Assembly (NCBI GenBank): GCA_004524535.1
Contig: SDNY01000026.1
Location: forward strand, 1-37,170
Source: Promethearchaeota archaeon
GTDB lineage: Archaea; Asgardarchaeota; Lokiarchaeia; Sigyniarchaeales; SOKP01
DNA length: 37,170 bases
Direction: 5' to 3'
A model generated the notes under the pieces. That model was not told the origin of the DNA and made no database searches. It worked only from the letters and a program-made list of their open reading frames with translations. Made by a program: the position numbers and the translations under genes. Shown in pieces: positions 8,608-17,805 of this stretch; position 1 is the first letter of the stretch; every line of letters starts with the position of its first letter.

Positions 8608-9606
8608 ATGAATGAAATAAATTTTATAACAATTGGAGATAAAGATTTTTTTCCTCTCATTCATTTTTCCATAAAGCAAGTGTTAAAATTTTATCCAACC
8701 TCAAAATTATTTATCTATGATTGGGGCTTTACACCCTCTCAAAAAAAAAAAATTAATACCTATCCAAATACGATCTTAATCGATTGGACTGACAAATTAG
8801 ATAGAGAACATGGTTACAAAACGATAAGATATACACACGATATGGAAAACCGCGTAGGACTTCCGAGAAAAAGGGAATATATCCTTAACCAAAAACCTAT
8901 CTGTATTTTGGATTGTGCTAAGAGAATTAAAGAAAATTTAATCTTTTTTGATGGAGATGCTATATTAATAAATCCTATTGATGAAATATTTGAAGATAAT
9001 TACGATATAGGTTTAACTGTTAATGTAAATTTTTTAATTCTATATAAATATATTCCCAAGGGGACTTTTGGTTGGATGAAGGGAGTTAATTCAGCTATAA
9101 TTTTTTTTAAATTAAATTCTAAACCAATGCAAATATTTATTCAAGAATGGATAAAAGAAATGAACCAACAAAACGTAATATTAATGGAACAAACCTCTTT
9201 ATTTAATTTGATAAGAAAAAGAAATAAAGAACTATTATATAAGGAATATAATATTGGAATAATAAAATTAGCTAATTTAAAATATAGGATCAAGATTTTC
9301 CCTAGCAGTATATACAATTATACATTTTTTGGGCGACGATATAATGATAAAAAAGTTAAATTTTTGCATTTTATATCAATGAAACGTCATTATCCAAAAA
9401 ATCTAAGAACCTCTCTTATAATTAGAGCCTATATTCGAGAAATTAAAATACGTTATGCTTTTTCTCACATTTTAAAATTAGTCTCACCACTTCTATCACC
9501 AAAAATTAATAAAAATATTAGAAGAAGCTTCAATAAATTTTTAATATATAGGAAAAAAAAAAAAAAAGAAAAAAAAGATTTACTTCTTCTCAAAGAAAAA
9601 CAATAG
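8608..9606 (+). CDS. GT-A fold glycosyltransferase, paralog G4
   Basis: YDWGF, KPIC, FFDGD, NSAIIFF, MEQ, FLH. Confidence 0.75.
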   Translation: MNEINFITIGDKDFFPLIHFSIKQVLKFYPTSKLFIYDWGFTPSQKKKINTYPNTILIDWTDKLDREHGYKTIRYTHDMENRVGLPRKREYILNQKPICILDCAKRIKENLIFFDGDAILINPIDEIFEDNYDIGLTVNVNFLILYKYIPKGTFGWMKGVNSAIIFFKLNSKPMQIFIQEWIKEMNQQNVILMEQTSLFNLIRKRNKELLYKEYNIGIIKLANLKYRIKIFPSSIYNYTFFGRRYNDKKVKFLHFISMKRHYPKNLRTSLIIRAYIREIKIRYAFSHILKLVSPLLSPKINKNIRRSFNKFLIYRKKKKKEKKDLLLLKEKQ

Positions 9607-9611
9607 GTTCT

Positions 9612-11126
9612 TTATGGAAATTTGATTTCTCCATAATTTTGAGTAAATAATAATTTAAAAATTTGAAATAAGTTCAATTTAAAAAAAATAGAAAAATGAT
9701 AATAATCATAAAATAATTTTAAAATATTTTTAATTTTAGCCTTTAAACCTTTTGAGTAAAAAATAATTTTAAAATACTTCCCTAATACGATATCTAAATA
9801 ATAATTTTTGAAGAAAATTCTGGATTTAATTAATCGCTCTAAGGATATCTTTAATTGTAACAATTTTTTATCAGAAAGCTCACTAAAATTCACTGTTAGT
9901 GATTGATGACGATCAAAATTCTCATTTTTAAATGATTTAATCAGTTTTAACTCATTTTTTATTAGTCCATTTTTCTTAGCATATTCATAAATTTCAGTTT
10001 TTGGAAATGGTATTGGCAAAAAAAAGAAGAAGCTCTTTAAAAAACTTATAGGTTGATAAAATTCTTTAATAAACCTATAGGTTTCCATTGCAGTCCGGTA
10101 ATTTTCTCCTTGATTTCCAATGATAAAAGAACACATTGGTAACATTCTATATTTTTTACATAGGAGTAGAGCATTTTTTGCCTGTTCTACTGTCGTTTGT
10201 TTTTTTATATTATTTAAAATAGTTTGGTTCCCCGATTCTATGCCAAATTGTAAAGCAAAACAACCACATTCTTTCATTCTTTTAATCAATTCTTCATCAA
10301 TAACGGAAACTCTGGAAGACGCAGTCCATTTAACTTTTAAATTTTCTTTCTCAAGAGCATCACAAAAATCTAATACAAACTTCTTATTCAATGTAAAATT
10401 ATCATCAACAATATAAATTGAACTATTTTTATATTTTTGCTGTATTAATTTTATTTCTTTTATAATTCTTTCAGTAGAATGTCTTCTCACCTTATATCCT
10501 TTGTAATAGTGGTAGCAAAACGTGCAATGGAATGGACATCCTCTTGTTGTGCATAAGGGATAATATCTTAGCTTCATATATGCTTTCATATTATATAAAT
10601 GTATAGCGGGTATTGGGATCGAATCAAGATTTTCAATGGGATTTCTATCTTTAGTTTTAATAATTTGGCCATTTTTCTTAAAATAAATACCATCAATAGA
10701 AGAATAATCTGTATCATTTTCAATTTTTTTTTTAGTTATGTCTTTAATTGTAAACTCTCCTTCTCCTAAAACTGCAATATCCACCTTAGAGGTGCTTAAT
10801 AATATTTCAGGGATACTAGAGGCAACGCTACCCCCCGCTACTATTAACGAATTTGGATGATATTTTTTTATTATTTTACTTAAGAATACAGTATAATCGT
10901 AAGCAACAATCATACATCCTATTCCATACACATCGTATTTTGTTCTTTTTAATATTTTTTTAACTTTCCTTTTTTTATATCTATTTAAATTTAGATCTAA
11001 AATTTTAACCTTATGGCCTTCCTCTAATAAACTAGCTCCGATATATGCTAATCCTAAATTTAGCAACACCACTGATGTAGGTGGATTTATTAATAAGATT
11101 TTCAATTTTGTGAGATCTGAATTCAT
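9612..11126 (-). CDS. Cobalamin-binding radical SAM protein (class B methylase-like)
   Basis: N-terminal LLINPP...LGLAYIGASL B12-binding domain, VLGEGE, TRGCPFHCTFC, DDNF, GIESG. Confidence 0.9.
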   Translation of the reverse strand: MNSDLTKLKILLINPPTSVVLLNLGLAYIGASLLEEGHKVKILDLNLNRYKKRKVKKILKRTKYDVYGIGCMIVAYDYTVFLSKIIKKYHPNSLIVAGGSVASSIPEILLSTSKVDIAVLGEGEFTIKDITKKKIENDTDYSSIDGIYFKKNGQIIKTKDRNPIENLDSIPIPAIHLYNMKAYMKLRYYPLCTTRGCPFHCTFCYHYYKGYKVRRHSTERIIKEIKLIQQKYKNSSIYIVDDNFTLNKKFVLDFCDALEKENLKVKWTASSRVSVIDEELIKRMKECGCFALQFGIESGNQTILNNIKKQTTVEQAKNALLLCKKYRMLPMCSFIIGNQGENYRTAMETYRFIKEFYQPISFLKSFFFFLPIPFPKTEIYEYAKKNGLIKNELKLIKSFKNENFDRHQSLTVNFSELSDKKLLQLKISLERLIKSRIFFKNYYLDIVLGKYFKIIFYSKGLKAKIKNILKLFYDYYHFSIFFKLNLFQIFKLLFTQNYGEIKFP

Positions 11127-11273
11127 ATTAAAATCTAATTCTAGATTATTATTTTTTTTTCAAATACTTTATTATGACCCAAAATTTTGTAGAAAGTAAA
11201 ATTTTTATCTATAATTAATATCTTGTTTGATTTTGCAAATAATCTTTTTATTTTTTAAGTATTAAGTTTTTTT

Positions 11274-12767
11274 ATGAAAGAAAATGTTATTATTATCGGA
11301 GCAGGGATTGGGGGATTAACTGCTGGAGCTCTACTTGCTCATGGAGGCCATAAAGTAACAGTTTTAGAGAAGAACTCTTACATAGGTGGGGCTTGTAGTT
11401 CGTATGAAAAAAACGGTTATACTTTCGATCGAGCAGTTCATATGTTTTCAATGGGACTAAATGGTCCATTTGGAAGGATTTTTGACAGATGTGGTTTAGA
11501 ATACCTTAAATTTATAAAACACATTAATGAAAAAACAGCAATGAAAATATACAAGCAAGAGGGCTATTTTCCTTTAGATATCAATATAAATTCATTATTT
11601 AAGACATTGCAGCCAAGAGGTAGCAAGAAAGAAGCTAGTAGTAGTTCAAGAAGTATTATGGGTAGCTTAAAAAACATGGGCTTCACTAAAAATACAATGA
11701 AAGATTTGATGGCAGTAATGACATCTATTTTAACAATGACTAAGAAGAAACTGAATAAATTATATGAGGACGAGTTAACAGTTACACAATGGCTAAATAT
11801 GTTTACACAAGATACTTTTATTCACGGAATTTTTGCCTTTTTACTTGCTGGCATGTTTGCCATAGGTAATGCGAAGGCGAGCGTTGCCGAGTTTATTCAT
11901 TGTTTTAAAACAGAGCTGATGTCTCAAGAAGGTTATCAATATCCTATTGGTGGTGGTGCGCAAGCCATTCCCGATGCAATTGCTAAAGTGATTAGACATT
12001 TTGGTGGTGAGATACTTACAAATTCTCCGGTAAAAAGTATTGTAATTAAGGGAAATAAGGCTCAAGGTGTAATGGTTGGTGAGGAATTGATAGAAGCTCC
12101 GATCGTAGTGTCCAATCTTTCAATTAAATGGACAATTCTTAGCTTAGTTGGAAAAGATTATTTTGAAAGAAAATATATTGAAAAAATAGAAAATTTAACT
12201 CCATCTTTATCTTCGATGACTTTCAAACTTGCGTTAAAAAAACCTATGATTAAGAAATGGAGTTTTATTAATTGTTATCATCCAACTTTACACGATTGGG
12301 GAGATAAATACGGTCCTGGAGCTCCACTGTCCAACGGATTTTTTGGACCTGTTTTAAGCAATATAAATCCGAAACTTGCTCCAAAAGGGCATCAAACCGC
12401 AATATTTGGTACACTTGTGCCTTCAAAAGGTCCAGATTGGGAAAGGTGGACAGAAATTTATTGGGAAGACCTACAATCGTTCTTTCCAGACTTAGATGAA
12501 ATACTTGATTTTGTAGATGTTTCTTATCCAAAAGATATTGTAGCTGCAACAGGAAAGCCAGAAGGACCTGTTGAAGGTCTAGGTTTAACGCCGAAACAAA
12601 CTGGTAAGTACAAACCTTCTTCATTAGTTCATCAAATTGAAGGATTATACGCAGTCGGAGATACAGCAGGAAAAACAGCCCATGGTATAGGGACTCAGCA
12701 TGCTTGTGATAGCGGATTTAAATGCGCAGAGGCAATTTTAGGTAATATTGAAATAAGATTAATTTGA
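11274..12767 (+). CDS. Phytoene desaturase (CrtI)-family FAD-dependent oxidoreductase
   Basis: IIGAGIGGL..LEKNSYIGG..GYTFD dinucleotide-binding fold, YPIGGG, C-terminal IEGLYAVGD...GIG. Confidence 0.8.
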   Translation: MKENVIIIGAGIGGLTAGALLAHGGHKVTVLEKNSYIGGACSSYEKNGYTFDRAVHMFSMGLNGPFGRIFDRCGLEYLKFIKHINEKTAMKIYKQEGYFPLDININSLFKTLQPRGSKKEASSSSRSIMGSLKNMGFTKNTMKDLMAVMTSILTMTKKKLNKLYEDELTVTQWLNMFTQDTFIHGIFAFLLAGMFAIGNAKASVAEFIHCFKTELMSQEGYQYPIGGGAQAIPDAIAKVIRHFGGEILTNSPVKSIVIKGNKAQGVMVGEELIEAPIVVSNLSIKWTILSLVGKDYFERKYIEKIENLTPSLSSMTFKLALKKPMIKKWSFINCYHPTLHDWGDKYGPGAPLSNGFFGPVLSNINPKLAPKGHQTAIFGTLVPSKGPDWERWTEIYWEDLQSFFPDLDEILDFVDVSYPKDIVAATGKPEGPVEGLGLTPKQTGKYKPSSLVHQIEGLYAVGDTAGKTAHGIGTQHACDSGFKCAEAILGNIEIRLI

Positions 12768-12775
12768 ACTACGTC

Positions 12776-13861
12776 CTATTGAGCCCCTTTTATTGGATAT
12801 TGACCATATTTTTCTATAGCTTTTGGAATTGCTAACACATTTGGAATTGGAACTCCCCAAGGCAAACAACAGATTGGACTTACTATATATCTTCCTCCTG
12901 GAGCTAAATTTATTATATTTTCTCTAACTTTTTCCTCTACATCTTGAGGGGTACCCGTAAATAATTCACGACTAACATCAATATTTGCTCCCATTATGGT
13001 AACCTTTGGAAAATCCTTCTTAAAATCAATCCAATACTTAATATTTAAAGGATGGGAACCATTTACAGCTATAAAATCTATCTCATTACAAACTTCCCTA
13101 AAATATGGTCTGGTTCCACAATTATGGAGAAAAAATGGTGAATTAATTTTTTTTTGAAATCTTTTGATAAATTGCCCCTCATATTTCATGGCATCCTTAA
13201 AAGACATCATATGCTTATTGAAAGCATAGCCTGTATACATTATAATAGCACTCTCTCCTACTTTTTCAATCCAATCATTATATGAATCTAATTGGCTTTC
13301 ATAAATTTTTTCGCATAATTTCAATAATAGATCAGGATTCTTTCGAATATCTTTAAATGCATTTATTCCTCTTAATTCTTGAACAACGGACCAAATTCCT
13401 AGACCCATAGCTTGGGGAAATTTCGTTTTTTCTCGAATAATATTTGCAGTTTTGTATGTTGTATCCCATAAATCTATTTTTGAGTGTTCTGGAATTTCTA
13501 ACTTTTCAATATCTTCTTCAGTTTTGCACACTTCGCCCTGTTTAATTGCTAAAGGTTTATAATCATACCACTGGATGGAATTCATTTTATTGTTTGCTTC
13601 AGCAAACGCATATGCTTCTGCTGGTCCAGCATAGGCAGAAGGGATTTGAATGGTATCTGCTTTAATAAACTCAGCTGTCTTAATAAGACAATTAGCATAA
13701 GTTTCTGGAGAACTCAAAATTTCTCTTGTTGTGATTCCTATAATCCGAGAAATAAATTGTTCATCAATGATAGCAAAAAATGGGACTCTATCAACACCTC
13801 TAATTCGACCAGTTAAAGTTTTCATAAATCTAAAAACCGATTTTGTCCAATCATAGGGCAT
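12776..13861 (-). CDS. URO-D fold methyltransferase, MtaA/CmuA-like (Zn HxC...C type)
   Basis: DRVPFF N-terminus, LHNCG, GANID...LFTGTPQDV, YIVSPICCLPWGVP; adjacent to corrinoid proteins. Confidence 0.8.
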   Translation of the reverse strand: MPYDWTKSVFRFMKTLTGRIRGVDRVPFFAIIDEQFISRIIGITTREILSSPETYANCLIKTAEFIKADTIQIPSAYAGPAEAYAFAEANNKMNSIQWYDYKPLAIKQGEVCKTEEDIEKLEIPEHSKIDLWDTTYKTANIIREKTKFPQAMGLGIWSVVQELRGINAFKDIRKNPDLLLKLCEKIYESQLDSYNDWIEKVGESAIIMYTGYAFNKHMMSFKDAMKYEGQFIKRFQKKINSPFFLHNCGTRPYFREVCNEIDFIAVNGSHPLNIKYWIDFKKDFPKVTIMGANIDVSRELFTGTPQDVEEKVRENIINLAPGGRYIVSPICCLPWGVPIPNVLAIPKAIEKYGQYPIKGAQ

Positions 13862-13867
13862 TTTATA

Positions 13868-14521
13868 TCAACCTCTTTTAGTATCTGATATTATTTTATT
13901 TATTTTTTTAATACCTACCCATCCATCTTTCGCACAATCATCTGCTCCAATCATAGCGCAAGAATTTTTAGAGACTACTCCCCCTCCTATGATAATTTTA
14001 GAAGGAATTTCCTCTTTTCTGAGTAATAGGATGGTTTCATGCATTTTTGAAATACTCATTGTGAGTAAACCACTTAGTCCTATAACATCAGGTTTAAACT
14101 CTTTCGCTTTTTCAACAAAAATTTCAGGAGGAACATCTGATCCTAAATCAATGACATCAAATGCTTGACCATTTAAAAGTGACACTATTAATGATTTCCC
14201 AATATCGTGTATATCTCCTTCTACTGTTCCAATTAATATACTCCCTTTAGAAGCCCCCTCCGATATCTCTATAAATGAATCCTTTAATATATTCATAGCA
14301 GCATTAAGAGCATCTCCAGCCATTAACATATCCGCAAGGAAATATTCCTCTTGTTCATATAATTCTCCAACTTTTATAGCCCCTTTTATTATTGCTCCGT
14401 TCAAAATATCTTTATAATCCACTCCTTTTTTTAATGCTTCATTTACGGCATCGATTGTTTTTTCTGATTCTCCTTCTACAATCGAATTTTTTATCCTCGT
14501 TAGTATTTCTTCGTTTTTCAT
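13868..14521 (-). CDS. Corrinoid (B12-binding) protein, MtaC/MtbC-like
   Basis: Cap domain VGELYEQEEYFLADML, GTVEGDIHDIGK (DxHxxG), SGLLT, IIGGG. Confidence 0.92.
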   Translation of the reverse strand: MKNEEILTRIKNSIVEGESEKTIDAVNEALKKGVDYKDILNGAIIKGAIKVGELYEQEEYFLADMLMAGDALNAAMNILKDSFIEISEGASKGSILIGTVEGDIHDIGKSLIVSLLNGQAFDVIDLGSDVPPEIFVEKAKEFKPDVIGLSGLLTMSISKMHETILLLRKEEIPSKIIIGGGVVSKNSCAMIGADDCAKDGWVGIKKINKIISDTKRG

Positions 14522-14607
14522 AGTTTACTCATTTTTTACATCTTAATAATAATCATTTTATAAAAAGATAATAATTAATGCACATAGTTTTAATATGGAT
14601 AAATCAG

Positions 14608-15243
14608 TTAGATTCCGGTTAAATTTTTTATATGAGTGATACCTTTTATTGTGTCTTCGGCAAAATCATCCGCTCCAAACCGCTTTGCTAAATCCATGCT
14701 TAAAGGAGCCCCACCAACAATTAACTTAACCTTATCTCTTAATCCTGCAGTTTTTAGAGCTTCATGAACAACCTCAATTTGCGACACAGTCATACTTAAG
14801 AGCGAACTTAACCCAACAATAGATGCACCTGTTTCTTTTACTTTAGCGACAATCGTTTCAGCATCCACATCCTTACCTAAATCATATACTTCAAAACCTT
14901 CACTCATTAATAATATTCCGAGTAAGTTTTTCCCTATATCATGATTATCTCCTTTAACAGTTGCGATAACCACCTTAACCTTGTCTTTCACTTTTTCTGA
15001 TGAAGCTAATTCTGGCTTTAAAACTTCTAAGGCAACCTTCATAGTCTCTGCTGCTAGCATTAAGTCTGCTAAATAATAAATCTCTTCGGCATAACGGTGG
15101 CCAACTTCATCCATCCCGGCCGTAAGTGCAGATAAGATATCAAAGGGATCTTTTTTATCAGCTTCAAGAGCCTCTTTTACCGCATCAGCAATATCATCTA
15201 GTTCTAATTCAACAATAAGTTCAGTCAATTGTTCATAATCCAT
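14608..15243 (-). CDS. Corrinoid (B12-binding) protein, MtaC/MtbC-like
   Basis: GMDEVG..YYLADL, ATVKGDNHDIGK, SSLL, IVGGAP. Confidence 0.92.
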   Translation of the reverse strand: MDYEQLTELIVELELDDIADAVKEALEADKKDPFDILSALTAGMDEVGHRYAEEIYYLADLMLAAETMKVALEVLKPELASSEKVKDKVKVVIATVKGDNHDIGKNLLGILLMSEGFEVYDLGKDVDAETIVAKVKETGASIVGLSSLLSMTVSQIEVVHEALKTAGLRDKVKLIVGGAPLSMDLAKRFGADDFAEDTIKGITHIKNLTGI

Positions 15244-15374
15244 AATATAAAACCAAAATTTTTGATAATATTATATATTAGATGTAAATGTATTTTTAAT
15301 TATTTTTTTTTCGAATTTAAGAAAAATGATGATATTTTAAAAATTTTTTTAAATTAATTAAACCGATCTTTATT

Positions 15375-16559
15375 ATGGTATTATCAAAGCGGGAAAGAGT
15401 TATTAGAACCTTAGAGCTTGAAGAGCCTGACATAGTACCTATTCATTATTTGGGATTTGAAAGGACGGGAATTTCAAATCAATATTTTGAAAAATCTGAT
15501 GAATATAAGAAAACTAAAGCTTCTATAGAAGAAGAAGTTTTAAAAATAAAATTCAGTGTATTACAGGGAACAACAGGAAGTATAACCGAATTAAGGTTTT
15601 GGAAGTCAGACATTCATGGGATAGATCCCTGGGGACTTAATAAATTCAAATTAAAAACAATCAAAGCTCCCCCTGAATATCCTGATTGTCTAATCTTAAC
15701 CTATGATGGAAGAATATGGAAACTTGCCCCCCAAGTTGATACTGGTTTAACATATTTATGGTATGAAGATGGTTATTTTAGGACTCCTGAAATTGTTCAT
15801 GAATATTGGGATAAATATGGTAAACCTATTGATCTTGTTAATAATAGAATTAATTATTCTCCTCAAATTTGGGAAAACTTTGTAAATACACTTTCCAAGT
15901 ATTTATATCCAATGGCTACTTTACCTATTACTTTACATGAATCGCTATTTGAGGGAATGACCATAACGAGAGTAGCTTATTATATGCGAAAAAATCCCCA
16001 ATTTATACATGAGGTTATGACTGAGTTTAATAAAGTTAACTTGGAAATAATTAAGAGGTTAGCAGAGGCAGGAGTCGATATAGTGTTTTATATGGATGAT
16101 TTAGGCATGAAACAACGATCCATTCTTTCCATCGAACAATTTAAGGAATTTATACTTCCTTATTATAAAAAGATCTATCAGGCGTGTAAGAAAAACAGTA
16201 TGTTTGTAGTTCAGCATTCTTGTGGGTATATTGACAAGCTTTTACCATATATGGTTGATGCGGGATTAAATGGAATTCAAGCTCTCGAACCGGCAGCAGG
16301 TGTCGATCTGGCGCATTTAAAAGAAAAATTGGGGGATCGAGTTGCTTTTCTTGGTGGTATAGATGGTTCAAATATACTCAACTTCGGAACCCCCAAAGAT
16401 GTTGAGGAAGAAGTGAAAAGATGCATTAAAGTAGCAGCCCATAGTGGAGGATATTTCGCTGGTCCAAGCCACAATATTCTCAATGCACCATGGGAAAATA
16501 TTTTAGCATTAAGAGCTGCTATTGAAAAATATCGTAAATATCCCTTAAATCTAAATTGA
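15375..16559 (+). CDS. URO-D family protein (putative corrinoid-dependent methyltransferase), paralog U1
   Basis: LSKRERV...EPDIVP, MDDLG, QHSCG, LGGID, GTPKDVEEEV, GPSHNIL. Confidence 0.8.
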   Translation: MVLSKRERVIRTLELEEPDIVPIHYLGFERTGISNQYFEKSDEYKKTKASIEEEVLKIKFSVLQGTTGSITELRFWKSDIHGIDPWGLNKFKLKTIKAPPEYPDCLILTYDGRIWKLAPQVDTGLTYLWYEDGYFRTPEIVHEYWDKYGKPIDLVNNRINYSPQIWENFVNTLSKYLYPMATLPITLHESLFEGMTITRVAYYMRKNPQFIHEVMTEFNKVNLEIIKRLAEAGVDIVFYMDDLGMKQRSILSIEQFKEFILPYYKKIYQACKKNSMFVVQHSCGYIDKLLPYMVDAGLNGIQALEPAAGVDLAHLKEKLGDRVAFLGGIDGSNILNFGTPKDVEEEVKRCIKVAAHSGGYFAGPSHNILNAPWENILALRAAIEKYRKYPLNLN

Positions 16560-16641
16560 GGGTAAAAAATACTAACAGTAATGTAATTTCTTGAATAATT
16601 ATAGTGAAAACTTTTTTAATCAATAAATTCACTCTTTTATT

Positions 16642-17805
16642 ATGAGCCTATCAAAAAGAGAACGGGTATTTCGGACAGTTGAGCTCGATGGAGAACCTGA
16701 TGTAGTTCCTATTTTTACTTTGGGTTTTGAACGTACTGCAAAATCCTTTTTGGCATATCAAGACTCTGAAGAGAAAAAGGAGTGCGATACTTGGGTTCAA
16801 TCGAAGGCTACAAATATTAAATATTTAATAACAGAACAGCGATTTTGGAATGTAGATGCTAATCCTATGGATCCTTGGGGTTATAACAAAATAAAACAAA
16901 AACTTAGAAAGGCTCCTCCAGAATATCCTGATTGCCGATTAGAAATTATTAGTGGAAGATTATTTAAGAATGTAAAACAAGTTGAAACTGGCTTAGATTA
17001 TTCCTGGTATATTGATGGTTTTTTTACTTCCCCTGAAATTCTGCATTTCTACTGGGATAAATATGGAAGGCCTTCTGAATTAATTAATGACAGATATAAT
17101 TATTCTCCACGAATTTGGGAGGCTTATGTCGAAGCACTTTCACCCTATCTTTATCCTTTGGCACCGCTTGCCATAGCACCTCTCGAAGCTCTTTTTGAAG
17201 GGATGACTATTACAAGGGTTGCCTATCATATGCGAAAAAATCCACACTTTATTCATGAAGTGATGTCGGAATATGCAAAAACTAATGTTGAAATTATTAA
17301 GCGCTTTACCGAAGCGGGAGTAGAAATTGTATGGATGTTTGATGATTTAGGGTATAAAGGTCAGACTATTTTTTCGCTCAAACATTTAAGAGAATTTATT
17401 CTCCCCTATTATAAACAGATATATCAAGCATGTAGAAAACGTGGAATGTTAGTTATACAGCATTCATGTGGAAAAATAGATGAGTTTTTGCCTGATATGG
17501 TTGATGCGGGATTAAATGGCATTCAAGCTCTTGAACCCGCAGCGGGCGTCGATTTAGCACATATAAAAGAAACTTTAGGAGATCGTTTATGCTTACTAGG
17601 GGGATTAGATTCCTCTAGGGTTCTTAATTTTGGAACAGCTAAAGAAGTTGAAGAAGAAGTTAAAAGAGGAATTAAAACAGCCGCTCCAGGCGGGGGATAT
17701 TTTGTTGGTCCAAGTCATAACATTTTAAATATGCCCTGGGAAAATGTTCTTGCAATGAGATCTGCTATTGAAAAGTACCGTAAATATCCTCTAAATTTTG
17801 CTTGA
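16642..17805 (+). CDS. URO-D family protein (putative corrinoid-dependent methyltransferase), paralog U2
   Basis: Colinear with U1: FDDLG, QHSCG, GPSHNIL, near-identical DAGLNGIQALEPAAGVDLAH. Confidence 0.8.
   Translation: MSLSKRERVFRTVELDGEPDVVPIFTLGFERTAKSFLAYQDSEEKKECDTWVQSKATNIKYLITEQRFWNVDANPMDPWGYNKIKQKLRKAPPEYPDCRLEIISGRLFKNVKQVETGLDYSWYIDGFFTSPEILHFYWDKYGRPSELINDRYNYSPRIWEAYVEALSPYLYPLAPLAIAPLEALFEGMTITRVAYHMRKNPHFIHEVMSEYAKTNVEIIKRFTEAGVEIVWMFDDLGYKGQTIFSLKHLREFILPYYKQIYQACRKRGMLVIQHSCGKIDEFLPDMVDAGLNGIQALEPAAGVDLAHIKETLGDRLCLLGGLDSSRVLNFGTAKEVEEEVKRGIKTAAPGGGYFVGPSHNILNMPWENVLAMRSAIEKYRKYPLNFA

Larger units (their letters stand above)
7293..9596 (+). repeat. Tandem duplication, period 1152 bp (units ~7293-8444 and ~8445-9596)
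   Basis: Upstream regions 7293-7455 and 8445-8607 are near-identical and both run into MNEINFITIGDKDFF; start codons are 1152 bp apart. Confidence 0.85.

Noticed and set aside
11274-12767. Carotenoid biosynthesis cluster (crtI with crtC)
   Set aside because: No phytoene synthase, GGPP synthase or cyclase in the window, and the two genes are ~15 kb apart; only family-level similarity is supported
12776-17805. Pyrrolysine or selenocysteine read-through in the methyltransferase and Fe-S genes
   Set aside because: Proteins appear full length at their first stop, no MtmB/MtbB/MttB or HdrA/VhuD homolog is present, and no homologous continuation follows TAG/TGA
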